DNA of 63,853 bases, the filler included. It is 4 parts of 4 records of this genome, joined end to end, with 100 filler letters (N's around TTAATTAATTAA, not from the genome) between each part and the next. Parts side by side here need not be neighbours in the genome. Positions count along the whole stretch, not along the records: positions 25,245 to 48,086 come from DRR723986_6996; 3 more parts are not named here. One strand, given 5' to 3'. The notes below the pieces were generated by a model, which saw only the letters and a list, made by a program, of their open reading frames with translations, did no database searches and was not told the DNA's origin. Position numbers and translations under genes: made by a program. Shown here piece after piece: positions 30,096 through 40,026 of this stretch. The stretch's first letter is position 1, and each line of letters starts with the position of its first letter.

Positions 30096-30136
30096 GGCGT
30101 AGCAGCGCGCGGGCAAAGCCCGCGCGCTGCTACGCC
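30096..30136. repeat. Perfect 19-bp GC-rich inverted repeat
   Basis: GGCGTAGCAGCGCGCGGGC-AAA-GCCCGCGCGCTGCTACGCC. Confidence 0.9.
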
Positions 30137-30220
30137 CAACGGGAGGAGATAGCCCGGATGGGTATCGACGACGGGCGGGAGCGGCTGCGCTCGATTTTGT
30201 GATATCAATTTTGCTAAAAG

Positions 30221-30249
30221 CAAAGGCGCATGAAATTCATGCGCCTTTG
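30221..30249. terminator. Likely bidirectional terminator hairpin between convergent genes
   Basis: CAAAGGCGCATGAA-A-TTCATGCGCCTTTG, 14-bp inverted repeat. Confidence 0.75.
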
Positions 30250-30274
30250 TTCGTTCTAAGTCTTGTGGATCCGA

Positions 30275-32029
30275 TCAATCCCAGCAGCTGACGAGCACTG
30301 TCATACCAGTCGCGCGACGTCCCAGTTCGTCAGGGGACACATTGGCCCCTTCGGTGACAATCGGCGCGCGCAAGCCAGCTGCGTCCAGCACGTTTCGTAA
30401 GGCGCGTGCATCAGCGGCGAAACTCACGTTCTTGGGTAGTTTTTGCCCGGTCTGGAGATCTGGCAACAACATCCCGATCACAGTTCCCCCTGCATCCATG
30501 ACTGGCCCGCCTGCATCGCCGTCTTGCGGGGTCATTGCCAAGCGGATCAATTCGGTTTCACCGCGCAGGCCCCGTAAGTCCGCCAATGTGCCCTGTGTCA
30601 GAGTAGACGCGCCCAGCAATCCTTCGTAGGAAAAACCAGAAACTGTCACGCCTGAGTTCAGCCGTGGGGATCCATCCCGAAAATTGGCCACAGCCATAGG
30701 GGCCAACGCCACCTTGGGGCGCAAAACCGCAACACCCAGAGCATCATCCGAACTGACGACTTCGGCTTGGTAGTCGTGATCCAAGGTCACGCGCGCGCAG
30801 CCTTTGACAGCTTCGCTTACGGTCACAACTGTGCCTTTTTCATCGACGTAGAATCCGGACCGGGATTGGCGCGGCTTACGGATTTTAAGACCGGAAACAA
30901 GATCGACCTGTTGTTCGATATCGGAACCCGTTGCCGGGTCCAAAACACCGTCCGTCCGGGTAAAGCTAGTCTTCATTTCGGTCAAAACACGTGTGCGGCG
31001 GTCTTCGTCGCCTTCTGGCCAAATCAGGGTGAAACCTTTGATTTCCCCGTTGCTCAGAGCCGCCTGTGTGTAAGAAACGATGCCATTGCCACGTCCTTCG
31101 ATGGTAAAGCTGTCTTTCCCGCGGGAACGGGGGCCATTGAGAGGCACGATTTCAAGCGTCTGCAGGATTTCATAGAGGCCAAACAAAGTGGCTTTGGTGC
31201 CTGGCTGAGAAATGAGTAGAACACGAGCGCCGACGTCACTTTGGCTGTCATAATGGGCAAATGGGGGTTCATAAGTTGAAAACCGGACTGCATCCAAGGG
31301 CATGTTCAGTTCGATACCGGCTTTGTCATCATACCGACGGGCCATGCCAACGCTGATTAGCGGTGCGTTATATGCATCCATCAGAACACGACGCTGCAGG
31401 GTTGTTAGAATTCCTGTGGATTCATACCCGTTGAACGTCTGCCATTCCCCCATAGAGCGCCGTGTGCCGGGGCCAAAAGCACCATCGATCCGTGCACTAT
31501 AAAATCCAGATGCCTGCAAGGCTGTTTGCAACGCCTTTTTTTCGTCGCTGCTCAGCGCGCGTTCGCTCCGGCGTGCCTGGCTTGGTGTTTCGTCTGCTGC
31601 TGGTTTCGGGTTGGCGACAACGGTTTCAGTGGGGGCAGGGGTGTCGACAGGCAATACCGGTGATATCACCACAGCGCTGCGGTTCAGAACATTGGCCCCA
31701 ACGGGCCAAAATTGCTGATTCAGCGCCGAAGAAAGGGCAACAAAGCTATCTCTCGGGATCTGCCGTTCTCTGCGATAGACGCGCAAGACACGCTCGGCAT
31801 CCTGACGTGCGTAGGGGCCCAGAACAATCCCGTACCAACTGCCCCCCAGCGAGAAACCGTTCACATCAGCCAGTGCGTCCGAGTAGATTTTAGCGCGCTC
31901 TTGGGCCACGCGCAGGTTTGGGTGGGCTTCGATTTGAATCCAGACGAAGTCTTCGGAACTCTGTTGGGCGCTCACGGCGCGCACGGCAATCATAAGCGTT
32001 AGAAAAAATGCAGCGAAAACTCTTATCAT
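30275..32029 (-). CDS. Exported peptidoglycan-binding protein with trypsin-like domain
   Basis: Signal peptide, LQTALQASGFY...IDGAFGPGTR PG-binding motif, SGFYV...GDAGGPV protease-like domain. Confidence 0.85.
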   Translation of the reverse strand: MIRVFAAFFLTLMIAVRAVSAQQSSEDFVWIQIEAHPNLRVAQERAKIYSDALADVNGFSLGGSWYGIVLGPYARQDAERVLRVYRRERQIPRDSFVALSSALNQQFWPVGANVLNRSAVVISPVLPVDTPAPTETVVANPKPAADETPSQARRSERALSSDEKKALQTALQASGFYSARIDGAFGPGTRRSMGEWQTFNGYESTGILTTLQRRVLMDAYNAPLISVGMARRYDDKAGIELNMPLDAVRFSTYEPPFAHYDSQSDVGARVLLISQPGTKATLFGLYEILQTLEIVPLNGPRSRGKDSFTIEGRGNGIVSYTQAALSNGEIKGFTLIWPEGDEDRRTRVLTEMKTSFTRTDGVLDPATGSDIEQQVDLVSGLKIRKPRQSRSGFYVDEKGTVVTVSEAVKGCARVTLDHDYQAEVVSSDDALGVAVLRPKVALAPMAVANFRDGSPRLNSGVTVSGFSYEGLLGASTLTQGTLADLRGLRGETELIRLAMTPQDGDAGGPVMDAGGTVIGMLLPDLQTGQKLPKNVSFAADARALRNVLDAAGLRAPIVTEGANVSPDELGRRATGMTVLVSCWD

Positions 32030-32297
32030 CTGGGGTCTCTAGCTTGGGGAATTCTGAACATTAGCGCAGTTTACGCGTGATCCTGCAATATGCACCACAC
32101 CTGAGACGACGGGGAAAATCATGTGTGTCGATATCACGACACGAGGAGTATCACGGCAAACACGTTTAAAGAGAGGTGGATCTGTAACTCCTACCTAACA
32201 AAGAGAAATATTCTGTTTTCAAATCAGGTGGCGTGTGTACGATGGCCAGAAATTCTGCAGAACCATTTTTTTATTCTAATATTTCTGAGGGCGCTCC

Positions 32298-33413
32298 GTG
32301 TCATTATACGATCAATTCAAGACCAAGATTCGCTCTCAGCAGCATCGATTGCGAGCGGTTCGGACCCTGAAAGGGTTGCGATCCCGTTTAGAGGCAGAGC
32401 TGCCGACAAAGCAGGCACAAAACGCACTGTTGCTCGCGACTTGGAATATACGGGATTTCGACAGGGCGGACCGTCGTGGATATGGGGCTCGTCTGGATGA
32501 AATGCTATTCTATATTGCCGAGGTCCTGTCCAAATTTGATTTCGTTGCGGTGCAAGAGGTGCACCAGCTGAACGAATGGCAAGAGATCATGGATATCTTG
32601 GGCCCGGATTACGGCTATGTCTGTTCCCAAGCCGAGGATGAGGTTTTGGGCGGAAACGGACAGCGACTTATGTTTGTGTTTGACCGCCGCAAAGTTCAGT
32701 TTTTGAACACTGCGGGTGAGATTACCCTCCCGAAAGCGCTGGCGATGTCAGAGGCTGGCGAACACAATGCACGTGATCTGTTACACAAAGGAAAACAGTT
32801 TCGGGGCGCGCCTTATATAGCCCATTTTCGCACAGAGGGGCTCAGATTTTCGATCTGCACCGCGCATGTTCATTATGGTGCCGAATGCGGCGCCAAATTA
32901 AACCAACGTGTGCAAGAGCTGTCGCAGGTCATTGGTTATTTTTCGCAACGCGCAGATCGTGGGTTAAAGGAAAAATCTGCGATGATCTTGTTGGGGGATT
33001 TCAATATTGTTCACCCCGGGCATCAAGTCCTGCATTTGTTGGAAAGCGAGGGGTTCTTTATTCCCTCAGAACTGAAGACCCGATCTAACTTCATCCAGAA
33101 CAAGCATTACGATCAGATAGCGTTCAAAACAGATCCATCTGTAGTCACCTATGCCTCTGATGATCTCCTTCCTAACTCTGGGGTGGTCAATCTTTTTGAC
33201 ATGATCCTGACAGAGACAGACGCCGAAGCTTATATGCCTGACGCGGCGCAGACACCGAATGGGGCTGGTAAGTCAGATCCCGCCCTTCGTAGTTATTACA
33301 GTGAGTGGAAGACGTTTCAGATGTCTGATCACAGTCCCTTGTGGGCTCGCATCGACATCAACACGGCAAAGACAAACTTGGATGATCTAGAAGGTCAATT
33401 GCGACAAGAGTAA
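32298..33413 (+). CDS. Endonuclease/exonuclease/phosphatase (DNase I-like) family protein
   Basis: ATWNI, AVQEV, LGDFN, YDQI, SDH motifs. Confidence 0.88.
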   Translation: MSLYDQFKTKIRSQQHRLRAVRTLKGLRSRLEAELPTKQAQNALLLATWNIRDFDRADRRGYGARLDEMLFYIAEVLSKFDFVAVQEVHQLNEWQEIMDILGPDYGYVCSQAEDEVLGGNGQRLMFVFDRRKVQFLNTAGEITLPKALAMSEAGEHNARDLLHKGKQFRGAPYIAHFRTEGLRFSICTAHVHYGAECGAKLNQRVQELSQVIGYFSQRADRGLKEKSAMILLGDFNIVHPGHQVLHLLESEGFFIPSELKTRSNFIQNKHYDQIAFKTDPSVVTYASDDLLPNSGVVNLFDMILTETDAEAYMPDAAQTPNGAGKSDPALRSYYSEWKTFQMSDHSPLWARIDINTAKTNLDDLEGQLRQE

Positions 33414-33504
33414 AAGATGTGCCGTTGACGCCTTTGTGTTGCTTGCATAGGAAAGGCGCGACTTTGTCGATAGCGCGCCCGTCCTCGGGCCCAGAGGGAA
33501 TGCC

Positions 33505-34443
33505 ATGACCGATCAGACCAGCGCGCCGCGCTCTTTTCAGGAAATTATCCTGCGGCTTCAAACCTATTGGGCCTCTAAGGGCTGCGCCATGTTGCAACCC
33601 TATGATATGGAAGTTGGGGCAGGGACCTTTCACCCGGCAACTACCCTACGCTCACTCGGCAGCCAGCCTTGGGCGGCCGCCTATGTGCAGCCCTCGCGCC
33701 GTCCAACCGATGGACGGTATGGCGAAAACCCCAACCGCTTGCAGCACTATTACCAGTACCAAGTGCTGATCAAACCCAGCCCCCCCAATCTGCAAGAGCT
33801 GTACCTTGGTTCTTTGCGGGCGATTGGTGTGGATATGGACCTGCACGACATCCGTTTCGTCGAAGACGATTGGGAAAGCCCGACCTTGGGCGCGTGGGGT
33901 TTGGGTTGGGAAGTCTGGTGTGATGGCATGGAAGTCAGCCAGTTCACCTATTTCCAACAAGTGGGGGGGCATGATTGCCAACCTGTTTCAGGTGAGCTGA
34001 CTTACGGTCTTGAACGCTTGGCCATGTATGTTTTGGGCGTCGATCACGTGATGGACATGCCATACAATGATCCTCAATCGCCCACAGCTTTGACCTATGG
34101 GGACGTTTTCAAGCAAACCGAAGAAGAATACGCACGCTGGAACTTTGACGTGGCCAACACCGAGGTTCTGTTGCGCCATTTCGAAGAAGCCGAAGCAGAA
34201 TGTGCCAACATTTTGGCCCAAGAGCATGATGATCCCAAAACCGGGAAACGTATTATCATGGCGCATCCCGCCTATGATCAGTGCATCAAGGCTTCGCACA
34301 TCTTCAACTTGTTGGACGCACGCGGTGTGATTTCGGTGACCGAACGCCAAGCCTATATCGGGCGTGTTCGTGCCCTTGCCAAACAATGTGCGGATGCCTT
34401 TGTGCAAACCACAGCGGGCGGCTATCGTGCAGAGGCAGTGTAA
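33505..34443 (+). CDS. glyQ: Glycine-tRNA ligase alpha subunit
   Basis: [37 protein letters not shown]. Confidence 0.98.
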   Translation: MTDQTSAPRSFQEIILRLQTYWASKGCAMLQPYDMEVGAGTFHPATTLRSLGSQPWAAAYVQPSRRPTDGRYGENPNRLQHYYQYQVLIKPSPPNLQELYLGSLRAIGVDMDLHDIRFVEDDWESPTLGAWGLGWEVWCDGMEVSQFTYFQQVGGHDCQPVSGELTYGLERLAMYVLGVDHVMDMPYNDPQSPTALTYGDVFKQTEEEYARWNFDVANTEVLLRHFEEAEAECANILAQEHDDPKTGKRIIMAHPAYDQCIKASHIFNLLDARGVISVTERQAYIGRVRALAKQCADAFVQTTAGGYRAEAV

Positions 34444-34457
34444 AAGGCAGAGCCAGC

Positions 34458-35144
34458 ATGGATGACGCAACCCGCGATCAGTACGAAGAGAAGCTGCGCA
34501 AACAACGACGTAGAACAAAACGTCTGATGCGCACCGCCCAAAGCGAAGGCTTTATGATGGGGGCCGCTGCTATGCTGCGCCCGGGCGATGTGGTGGTGGA
34601 TTGCGGCGCGAACGTTGGGAACGTAACGGCCGTGCTTTGTGCAACCGGGGCTACGGTCCACTGTTTTGAGCCGGATCCCTACGCCTATGGGCTGTTAAAT
34701 GATCGCTTTGGCGAGGCTGAAAATATCCACCTGCACAACAAGGCCGTGGGCATCGAGGCTGGGAGCATCGGGTTGATGCGGTCGGCCACCTTTGATGACG
34801 ATCCTAAGAAAAACACGGTGATGAGCACGACCTTGCCCGGTGGGCGGGGTATCAGCACTGATGGCGCTGATATCATCGATGTTGAGATGATTGATTTCCC
34901 CGCTTTCTTGACGGATCTGATTGCAAGGTCTGGGGATATCGCGATGCTCAAGATGGATATTGAGGGCGCAGAACTTGATATCCTTGAAGTCATGCAAACC
35001 CGTCACTTGTTTGATCCAATCCGGATCACTCTTGTCGAAACCCATGAACGCAAGTTCCCAGAAATGCGCCCCCGGTTCCGCGCCTTAAAATCCCAGATCG
35101 CGCAAGAATTCTCGACCAGTAAGGTCAATCTCGACTGGATTTGA
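34458..35144 (+). CDS. FkbM family methyltransferase
   Basis: VDCGANVG, FEPDP, KMDIEGAE. Confidence 0.9.
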   Translation: MDDATRDQYEEKLRKQRRRTKRLMRTAQSEGFMMGAAAMLRPGDVVVDCGANVGNVTAVLCATGATVHCFEPDPYAYGLLNDRFGEAENIHLHNKAVGIEAGSIGLMRSATFDDDPKKNTVMSTTLPGGRGISTDGADIIDVEMIDFPAFLTDLIARSGDIAMLKMDIEGAELDILEVMQTRHLFDPIRITLVETHERKFPEMRPRFRALKSQIAQEFSTSKVNLDWI

Positions 35145-35195
35145 TGTCACAGGAGTACCGGCCGTATGGGTCGTCACGCAGACATACCCACCGGA

Positions 35196-35837
35196 TCAGG
35201 CAAGACCGGGCAGCAGTGTTTTGATTCCGTCAGTGATCATCCCGATTGCAATGGCGGCAAGGATCATTCCCATGAGGCGGCTCATGATGACGCGTGCGGT
35301 GCCCGAAAGATGCTTGGCCAAGGTTGGGGCGTTGTAAAACGTGATGGCAAGCAAGGCGATCAAAAACAAGAAAACACCAGCAAAACCAACCAGGTGTGCG
35401 GTGTCTTTCACTTGATGTGCGTAGATGATCAGGGTTGTGATTGTGCCCGGCCCCACGATGATGGGGAACGTCAGCGGATAAAAGGCGACAGTTTCCGGCG
35501 CGGGATAACTGTCCTTTTCCCCGGCGCTTCCGTGATGCGAACTGCTTTCAGCGCCATTCAGCATATTCAGCGCAATGAGCAGAACAACCAAACCTCCAGC
35601 AACGCGGAAATCATCGACGCTGATGCCAAACATGTTCAAAACTTGAGTTCCTGCAACCGCAAACGCGCTGCCAAGGATCAAGCAATAGAGCGCTGTCTTG
35701 AGCGCAATCTTGCGCTGCTCTGCGACACTGGCACCCTCGGTCACGCTCAGAAAAATGGGCAAGTTGGTGACTGGGTTCATGATCGCAAACAAAGCGCCAA
35801 AAAAAGTTACGGCAAATGTGGTGTCCACAGCAGGCAT
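35196..35837 (-). CDS. MarC family membrane protein
   Basis: LFAIMNP, FRVAGG, PLTFPIIVGPGTI, RLMGMIL. Confidence 0.92.
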   Translation of the reverse strand: MPAVDTTFAVTFFGALFAIMNPVTNLPIFLSVTEGASVAEQRKIALKTALYCLILGSAFAVAGTQVLNMFGISVDDFRVAGGLVVLLIALNMLNGAESSSHHGSAGEKDSYPAPETVAFYPLTFPIIVGPGTITTLIIYAHQVKDTAHLVGFAGVFLFLIALLAITFYNAPTLAKHLSGTARVIMSRLMGMILAAIAIGMITDGIKTLLPGLA

Positions 35838-35926
35838 CCTGATAATCAGACATATACTGCCCCGCACGGTGACCTAAATTGGGCCCTAGCGAAAGAGGCA
35901 AAACAGACAGAAGGCGTGAGAGTACA

Positions 35927-36448
35927 ATGGGAAAATTCCTAGTTATCTTGCTTGTGCTCAGCACAGCGGTCGCAGGGGGTGCGATCTACTATTTGCAGAT
36001 CTATGGCTATTACTTTGAAGTTGTGCCAACGCCGGGCAAAGACGTTAAATTGGCGCCCAAAGATGGCACCACGCCCGTTGCGATTGCGTATAGCAATTTT
36101 GAAGCGATTGACGCAGACAGCTCTCCCATCCGGTATCGGGGCTGTTTCAAAACGGACCTGCGCCTTGATGACCTTAAGCAGACGTATGTGGCCTCGGCCA
36201 AGGTTGAACCCCGTACGGCCCCGGATTGGTTCACCTGTTTCGATGCGCAAAAGATAGGCACAGCGCTGGAAGAGGGGCGCGCTATAGCCTTTTTGAGTGC
36301 TAAGAATGTTGGGTTTGGCGTCGATCGGGTGGTTGCGATCACCGATCAAGGGGATGGATACATCTGGCACGAATTCAATGACTGTGGCGAAAAAGCGTAT
36401 GACGGGACCGTGGTGGGCGAAGAATGCCCGCAACGGTCTGAAAACTGA
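35927..36448 (+). CDS. Conserved roseobacter membrane-anchored protein (DUF6446-like)
   Basis: N-terminal TM, then YYLQIYGYY, IDADSSPIRYRGCF, WFTCFDA. Confidence 0.7.
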   Translation: MGKFLVILLVLSTAVAGGAIYYLQIYGYYFEVVPTPGKDVKLAPKDGTTPVAIAYSNFEAIDADSSPIRYRGCFKTDLRLDDLKQTYVASAKVEPRTAPDWFTCFDAQKIGTALEEGRAIAFLSAKNVGFGVDRVVAITDQGDGYIWHEFNDCGEKAYDGTVVGEECPQRSEN

Positions 36449-36467
36449 TCGAAGTTGAGAGAAAACA

Positions 36468-37679
36468 ATGACCGGCGCTGTGATCATTCCTGACTTCCTG
36501 ACTGCGACGTTGGGATTTGCCGTCTATCTAGTAGGGGCAGAGATAAACGCGCGCGTTCCGGTGTTGCGTCGGTTCAACATACCCGAACCTGTCACTGGGG
36601 GATTGCTGGCCTCGGTTGTTGTGTTGATCCTATACTTGGTCGCCAATATCGAACTCGCCTTTGCGATGGAGACGCGCGATTTTCTATTGGTTCTATTTTT
36701 TGCAGGGATCGGTTTGAATGCGCGCCTGTCCGACTTGATATCGGGCGGTAAGCCTTTGCTGCTGCTTCTTATCTTAACCCTTGCGACTATTCTTGCGCAA
36801 AATGTGATTGGGGCGGCTGGGGCCTTTATGTTTGGCTATCCGTGGCAATCAGGGGTCCTGTTCGGCTCTGCGTCGCTGATCGGGGGGCATGGCACCGCAA
36901 TCGCATGGGCCCCAGATGTGGCAACCGCGACAGGGTTGGACGGCGCGACAGAACTGGGCGTTGCAGTCGCGACCTTGGGTTTGGTTCTCGCCGCTCTTGT
37001 CGGTGGCCCAGTGGCGAAATTTCTTGTTGAAAAGCACAATCTCAGCCCCAATCGACCAACCGAAGAGCACACCGTTGGCCTGCCCGATACAGGATCTGCT
37101 GACAGTAAACACATTGATCACCTAACGGTGATGCGCGTGCTTCTCCATTTGAACCTCGCCATCATTTCCGGATATTTCTTATCCGAAGCCATTGTCGCGG
37201 CTGGCCTTAAACTGCCGTTGTTCGTGCCTTGTCTGATCATGGGGATCGTGATTGCCAATCTGCGGTCTGCCATTTGGCCCGAGGCGCACCCAGTTTCCCG
37301 CACGCCTGCGCTTGCGATGATTTCAGAGTTCGCGCTGGGGGCGTTTTTGGCGATGTCTTTGATGAGCCTGCAGCTGTGGACCATCGCCGAGCTGGGCGCC
37401 GTGATTGCAGTGATCATGTTGGCACAGACCACCTTTACCGTCGCATTTGTGCTGTTTGTTCTGTTCCCCATCATGGGCGGCGGATACCGCGCCGCTGTGC
37501 TGGCGGCTGGATTTGGCGGCTTTGCCTTGGGGGCGACCCCAACCGCAATCGCGAATATGACCGCTGTAACCAAGCGATATGGCCCGTCGCCTATTGCCTT
37601 TATTGTGCTCCCCCTTGTATCCGCTTTCTTCGTGGATATCGCTAATGCCATCGTCATTCAGGCGATCGTGAACTTCTAA
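36468..37679 (+). CDS. gltS: Sodium/glutamate symporter
   Basis: NIPEPVTGG, GGHGTA, GATPTAIANM, PLVSAFFVD. Confidence 0.92.
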   Translation: MTGAVIIPDFLTATLGFAVYLVGAEINARVPVLRRFNIPEPVTGGLLASVVVLILYLVANIELAFAMETRDFLLVLFFAGIGLNARLSDLISGGKPLLLLLILTLATILAQNVIGAAGAFMFGYPWQSGVLFGSASLIGGHGTAIAWAPDVATATGLDGATELGVAVATLGLVLAALVGGPVAKFLVEKHNLSPNRPTEEHTVGLPDTGSADSKHIDHLTVMRVLLHLNLAIISGYFLSEAIVAAGLKLPLFVPCLIMGIVIANLRSAIWPEAHPVSRTPALAMISEFALGAFLAMSLMSLQLWTIAELGAVIAVIMLAQTTFTVAFVLFVLFPIMGGGYRAAVLAAGFGGFALGATPTAIANMTAVTKRYGPSPIAFIVLPLVSAFFVDIANAIVIQAIVNF

Positions 37680-37688
37680 GGACCGACC

Positions 37689-39890
37689 ATGCCCGACCTG
37701 CTGATCGAACTGTTTTCCGAAGAAATCCCCGCGCGGATGCAAACCCGTGCTGGTGAGGATCTGAAAAAGCGGGTGACTGATGGTTTGGTCAACGCAGGTT
37801 TGACATATGCGGGCGCGGCTGCCCTGACCACGCCCCGGCGTCTGACCCTGACCATTGAGGGGCTTCTGGCTGAATCCCCCACCATTCGCGAAGAGCGCAA
37901 AGGCCCCAAGGTCGGCGCGCCTGACAAAGCAATCGAAGGGTTCCTGCGTGGCGCGGGTCTGACCCGTGATCAGTTGGAAGAGCGGGACACGCCCAAAGGC
38001 GCGGTGTACTTTGCCATGATCGAAAAAGCCGGGCGTCCTGCGGCCGACATCATTGCCGAGGTGTTGGAAGACACCATTCGCAACTTTCCATGGCCGAAAT
38101 CCATGCGCTGGGGCAGCGGCAGCCTGCGCTGGGTGCGCCCGTTGCATTCGATCCTGTGTATCCTCAGCGATGAAGCGGGTAGCGAAGTTGTGCCCATGGA
38201 CGTGGATGGCATTGCTGCCGGTGACACCACCGAAGGGCACCGGTTCATGGCACCGGGCCGCTTTAGCGTGACCGCGTTCGAAGACTATGAGGCCAAGTTG
38301 AAACGTGCCTTTGTGGTCTTGTCCCCGTCTGAGCGGGCTGAACATATCTGGAACGACGCCACCAATCAGGCCTTTGCCGCCGGGTTGGACGTCGTCGAAG
38401 ATAATGGCCTGCTGGCCGAGGTTGCCGGGTTGGTTGAATGGCCCGTTGTCCTGATGGGCTCGATTGATGATGATTTCCTAGGGCTGCCGCCTGAGGTGTT
38501 GCAAACTTCGATGAAAGAACATCAGAAGTTCTTTTCGGTGAAGAACCCCAAAACGGGTCGCATCGAAAAGTTTATCACCGTGGCCAACCGTGAAACCACT
38601 GACAACGGCGCGACCATTCTGGCAGGCAACCAAAAGGTTCTGTCGGCACGTCTGGCGGATGCCAAGTTCTTTTGGGAGAACGATCTGCGCACGGCCAAAT
38701 CCGGCATGAGCGCGTGGACCGATGCCTTGGGCAACGTGACCTTCCACAACAAGCTGGGCACACAGGCCGAGCGGATTGAGCGTATCGCAGCACTGGCGCG
38801 CGAATTGGCCCCAGTGACCGGCGCGGACGCGGATCAGGCCGAAAAAGCTGCGCGTCTGGCCAAGGCCGATCTGAGCTCGGAAATGGTTTATGAGTTCCCC
38901 GAGTTGCAGGGCCTGATGGGCCGCTATTACATCGAGGCCGCTGGCGAGGATGCTGCCGTCGCCGCGGTGGCCGAAGAACATTACTCGCCGCTTGGTCCAT
39001 CCGATGATGTCCCAACCGCGCCTTTGTCCGCGACAGTCGCACTGGCCGACAAGCTGGACACGCTGACCGGGTTTTGGGCGATTGACGAGAAACCCACCGG
39101 TTCGAAAGACCCATTCGCCCTGCGCCGCGCGGCTTTGGGGGTTATTCGGTTGGTGTTGGAGAACAATTTGCGCCTTTCGCTGGTCGAGCAACTCGAAGCA
39201 GCGTTGAAGGTTCTTTTGAAACTGCCGGAATGGCAGGCGGCTTTGCTGGCGGCCAAAGCAGAACAAGCAAAGGCAGGCGACGAGGAAAAAGATGGGGCAG
39301 CAAAACGCGTCCACGATTTTGCCCATCAGGTTGAGGCAGTGAATGCCATCATTTCAGCTGCGCCGGCGGATTTGCTGTCCTTCTTCAATGACCGTCTTAA
39401 GGTGTTCCTGCGCGATGAGGGTATCCGTCATGACGTGATCGACGCCTGTATCGCGATGGAAGGCAACGACGACCTCAACCTGTTGGTTAAACGCGCCCGG
39501 GCACTGAACGCCGTGATCGCGACCGAAGATGGTCAAAACCTCGTCCAAGGCTTCAAACGCGCCAACAACATCCTGACCCAAGCCGAGGACAAGGATGGCG
39601 TTGAATACTCCTATGGCGCGGATCTGAAATTTGCGGAAACCGACAGCGAAAAAGCTCTGTTTGGGGCACTTGCCGAGGCTGAGACACAGATCGCACCCGC
39701 GCTTGAGGCCGAGGATTTCCCAGCCGCTATGACCGCAATGGCGGCCCTGCGCGGCCCGATTGATGCGTTTTTCGATGATGTGCAGGTGAACAGCGACAAT
39801 CAGGTGCTGCGCCGCAATCGCCTGAACCTGCTGAGCCAGATCAGAACCATTTGTTCCAGCGTGGCGGATTTGACCCGTATCGAAGGCTAA
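37689..39890 (+). CDS. glyS: Glycine-tRNA ligase beta subunit
   Basis: LLIELFSEEIPARM, WPKSMRW, EFPELQG, GSKDPFALRR. Confidence 0.98.
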   Translation: MPDLLIELFSEEIPARMQTRAGEDLKKRVTDGLVNAGLTYAGAAALTTPRRLTLTIEGLLAESPTIREERKGPKVGAPDKAIEGFLRGAGLTRDQLEERDTPKGAVYFAMIEKAGRPAADIIAEVLEDTIRNFPWPKSMRWGSGSLRWVRPLHSILCILSDEAGSEVVPMDVDGIAAGDTTEGHRFMAPGRFSVTAFEDYEAKLKRAFVVLSPSERAEHIWNDATNQAFAAGLDVVEDNGLLAEVAGLVEWPVVLMGSIDDDFLGLPPEVLQTSMKEHQKFFSVKNPKTGRIEKFITVANRETTDNGATILAGNQKVLSARLADAKFFWENDLRTAKSGMSAWTDALGNVTFHNKLGTQAERIERIAALARELAPVTGADADQAEKAARLAKADLSSEMVYEFPELQGLMGRYYIEAAGEDAAVAAVAEEHYSPLGPSDDVPTAPLSATVALADKLDTLTGFWAIDEKPTGSKDPFALRRAALGVIRLVLENNLRLSLVEQLEAALKVLLKLPEWQAALLAAKAEQAKAGDEEKDGAAKRVHDFAHQVEAVNAIISAAPADLLSFFNDRLKVFLRDEGIRHDVIDACIAMEGNDDLNLLVKRARALNAVIATEDGQNLVQGFKRANNILTQAEDKDGVEYSYGADLKFAETDSEKALFGALAEAETQIAPALEAEDFPAAMTAMAALRGPIDAFFDDVQVNSDNQVLRRNRLNLLSQIRTICSSVADLTRIEG

Positions 39891-39938
39891 GCCAATGCGG
39901 TGCGCTTACCTAGCGTCGCTTTGCATCTTTCCGCTAAC

Positions 39939-39967
39939 GTAAGGCTGCGCCGCAAAGCGCGCCTTAC
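39939..39967. repeat. REP-like hairpin, copy 2
   Basis: GTAAGGCTGCGC-CGCAAA-GCGCGCCTTAC between glyS and ppdK. Confidence 0.55.
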
Positions 39968-40026
39968 AACACCCTTGCGCCACGCTGAATCCCTCTTATG
40001 CTGCGGGGAACTCAAAAGGTGCCGCA

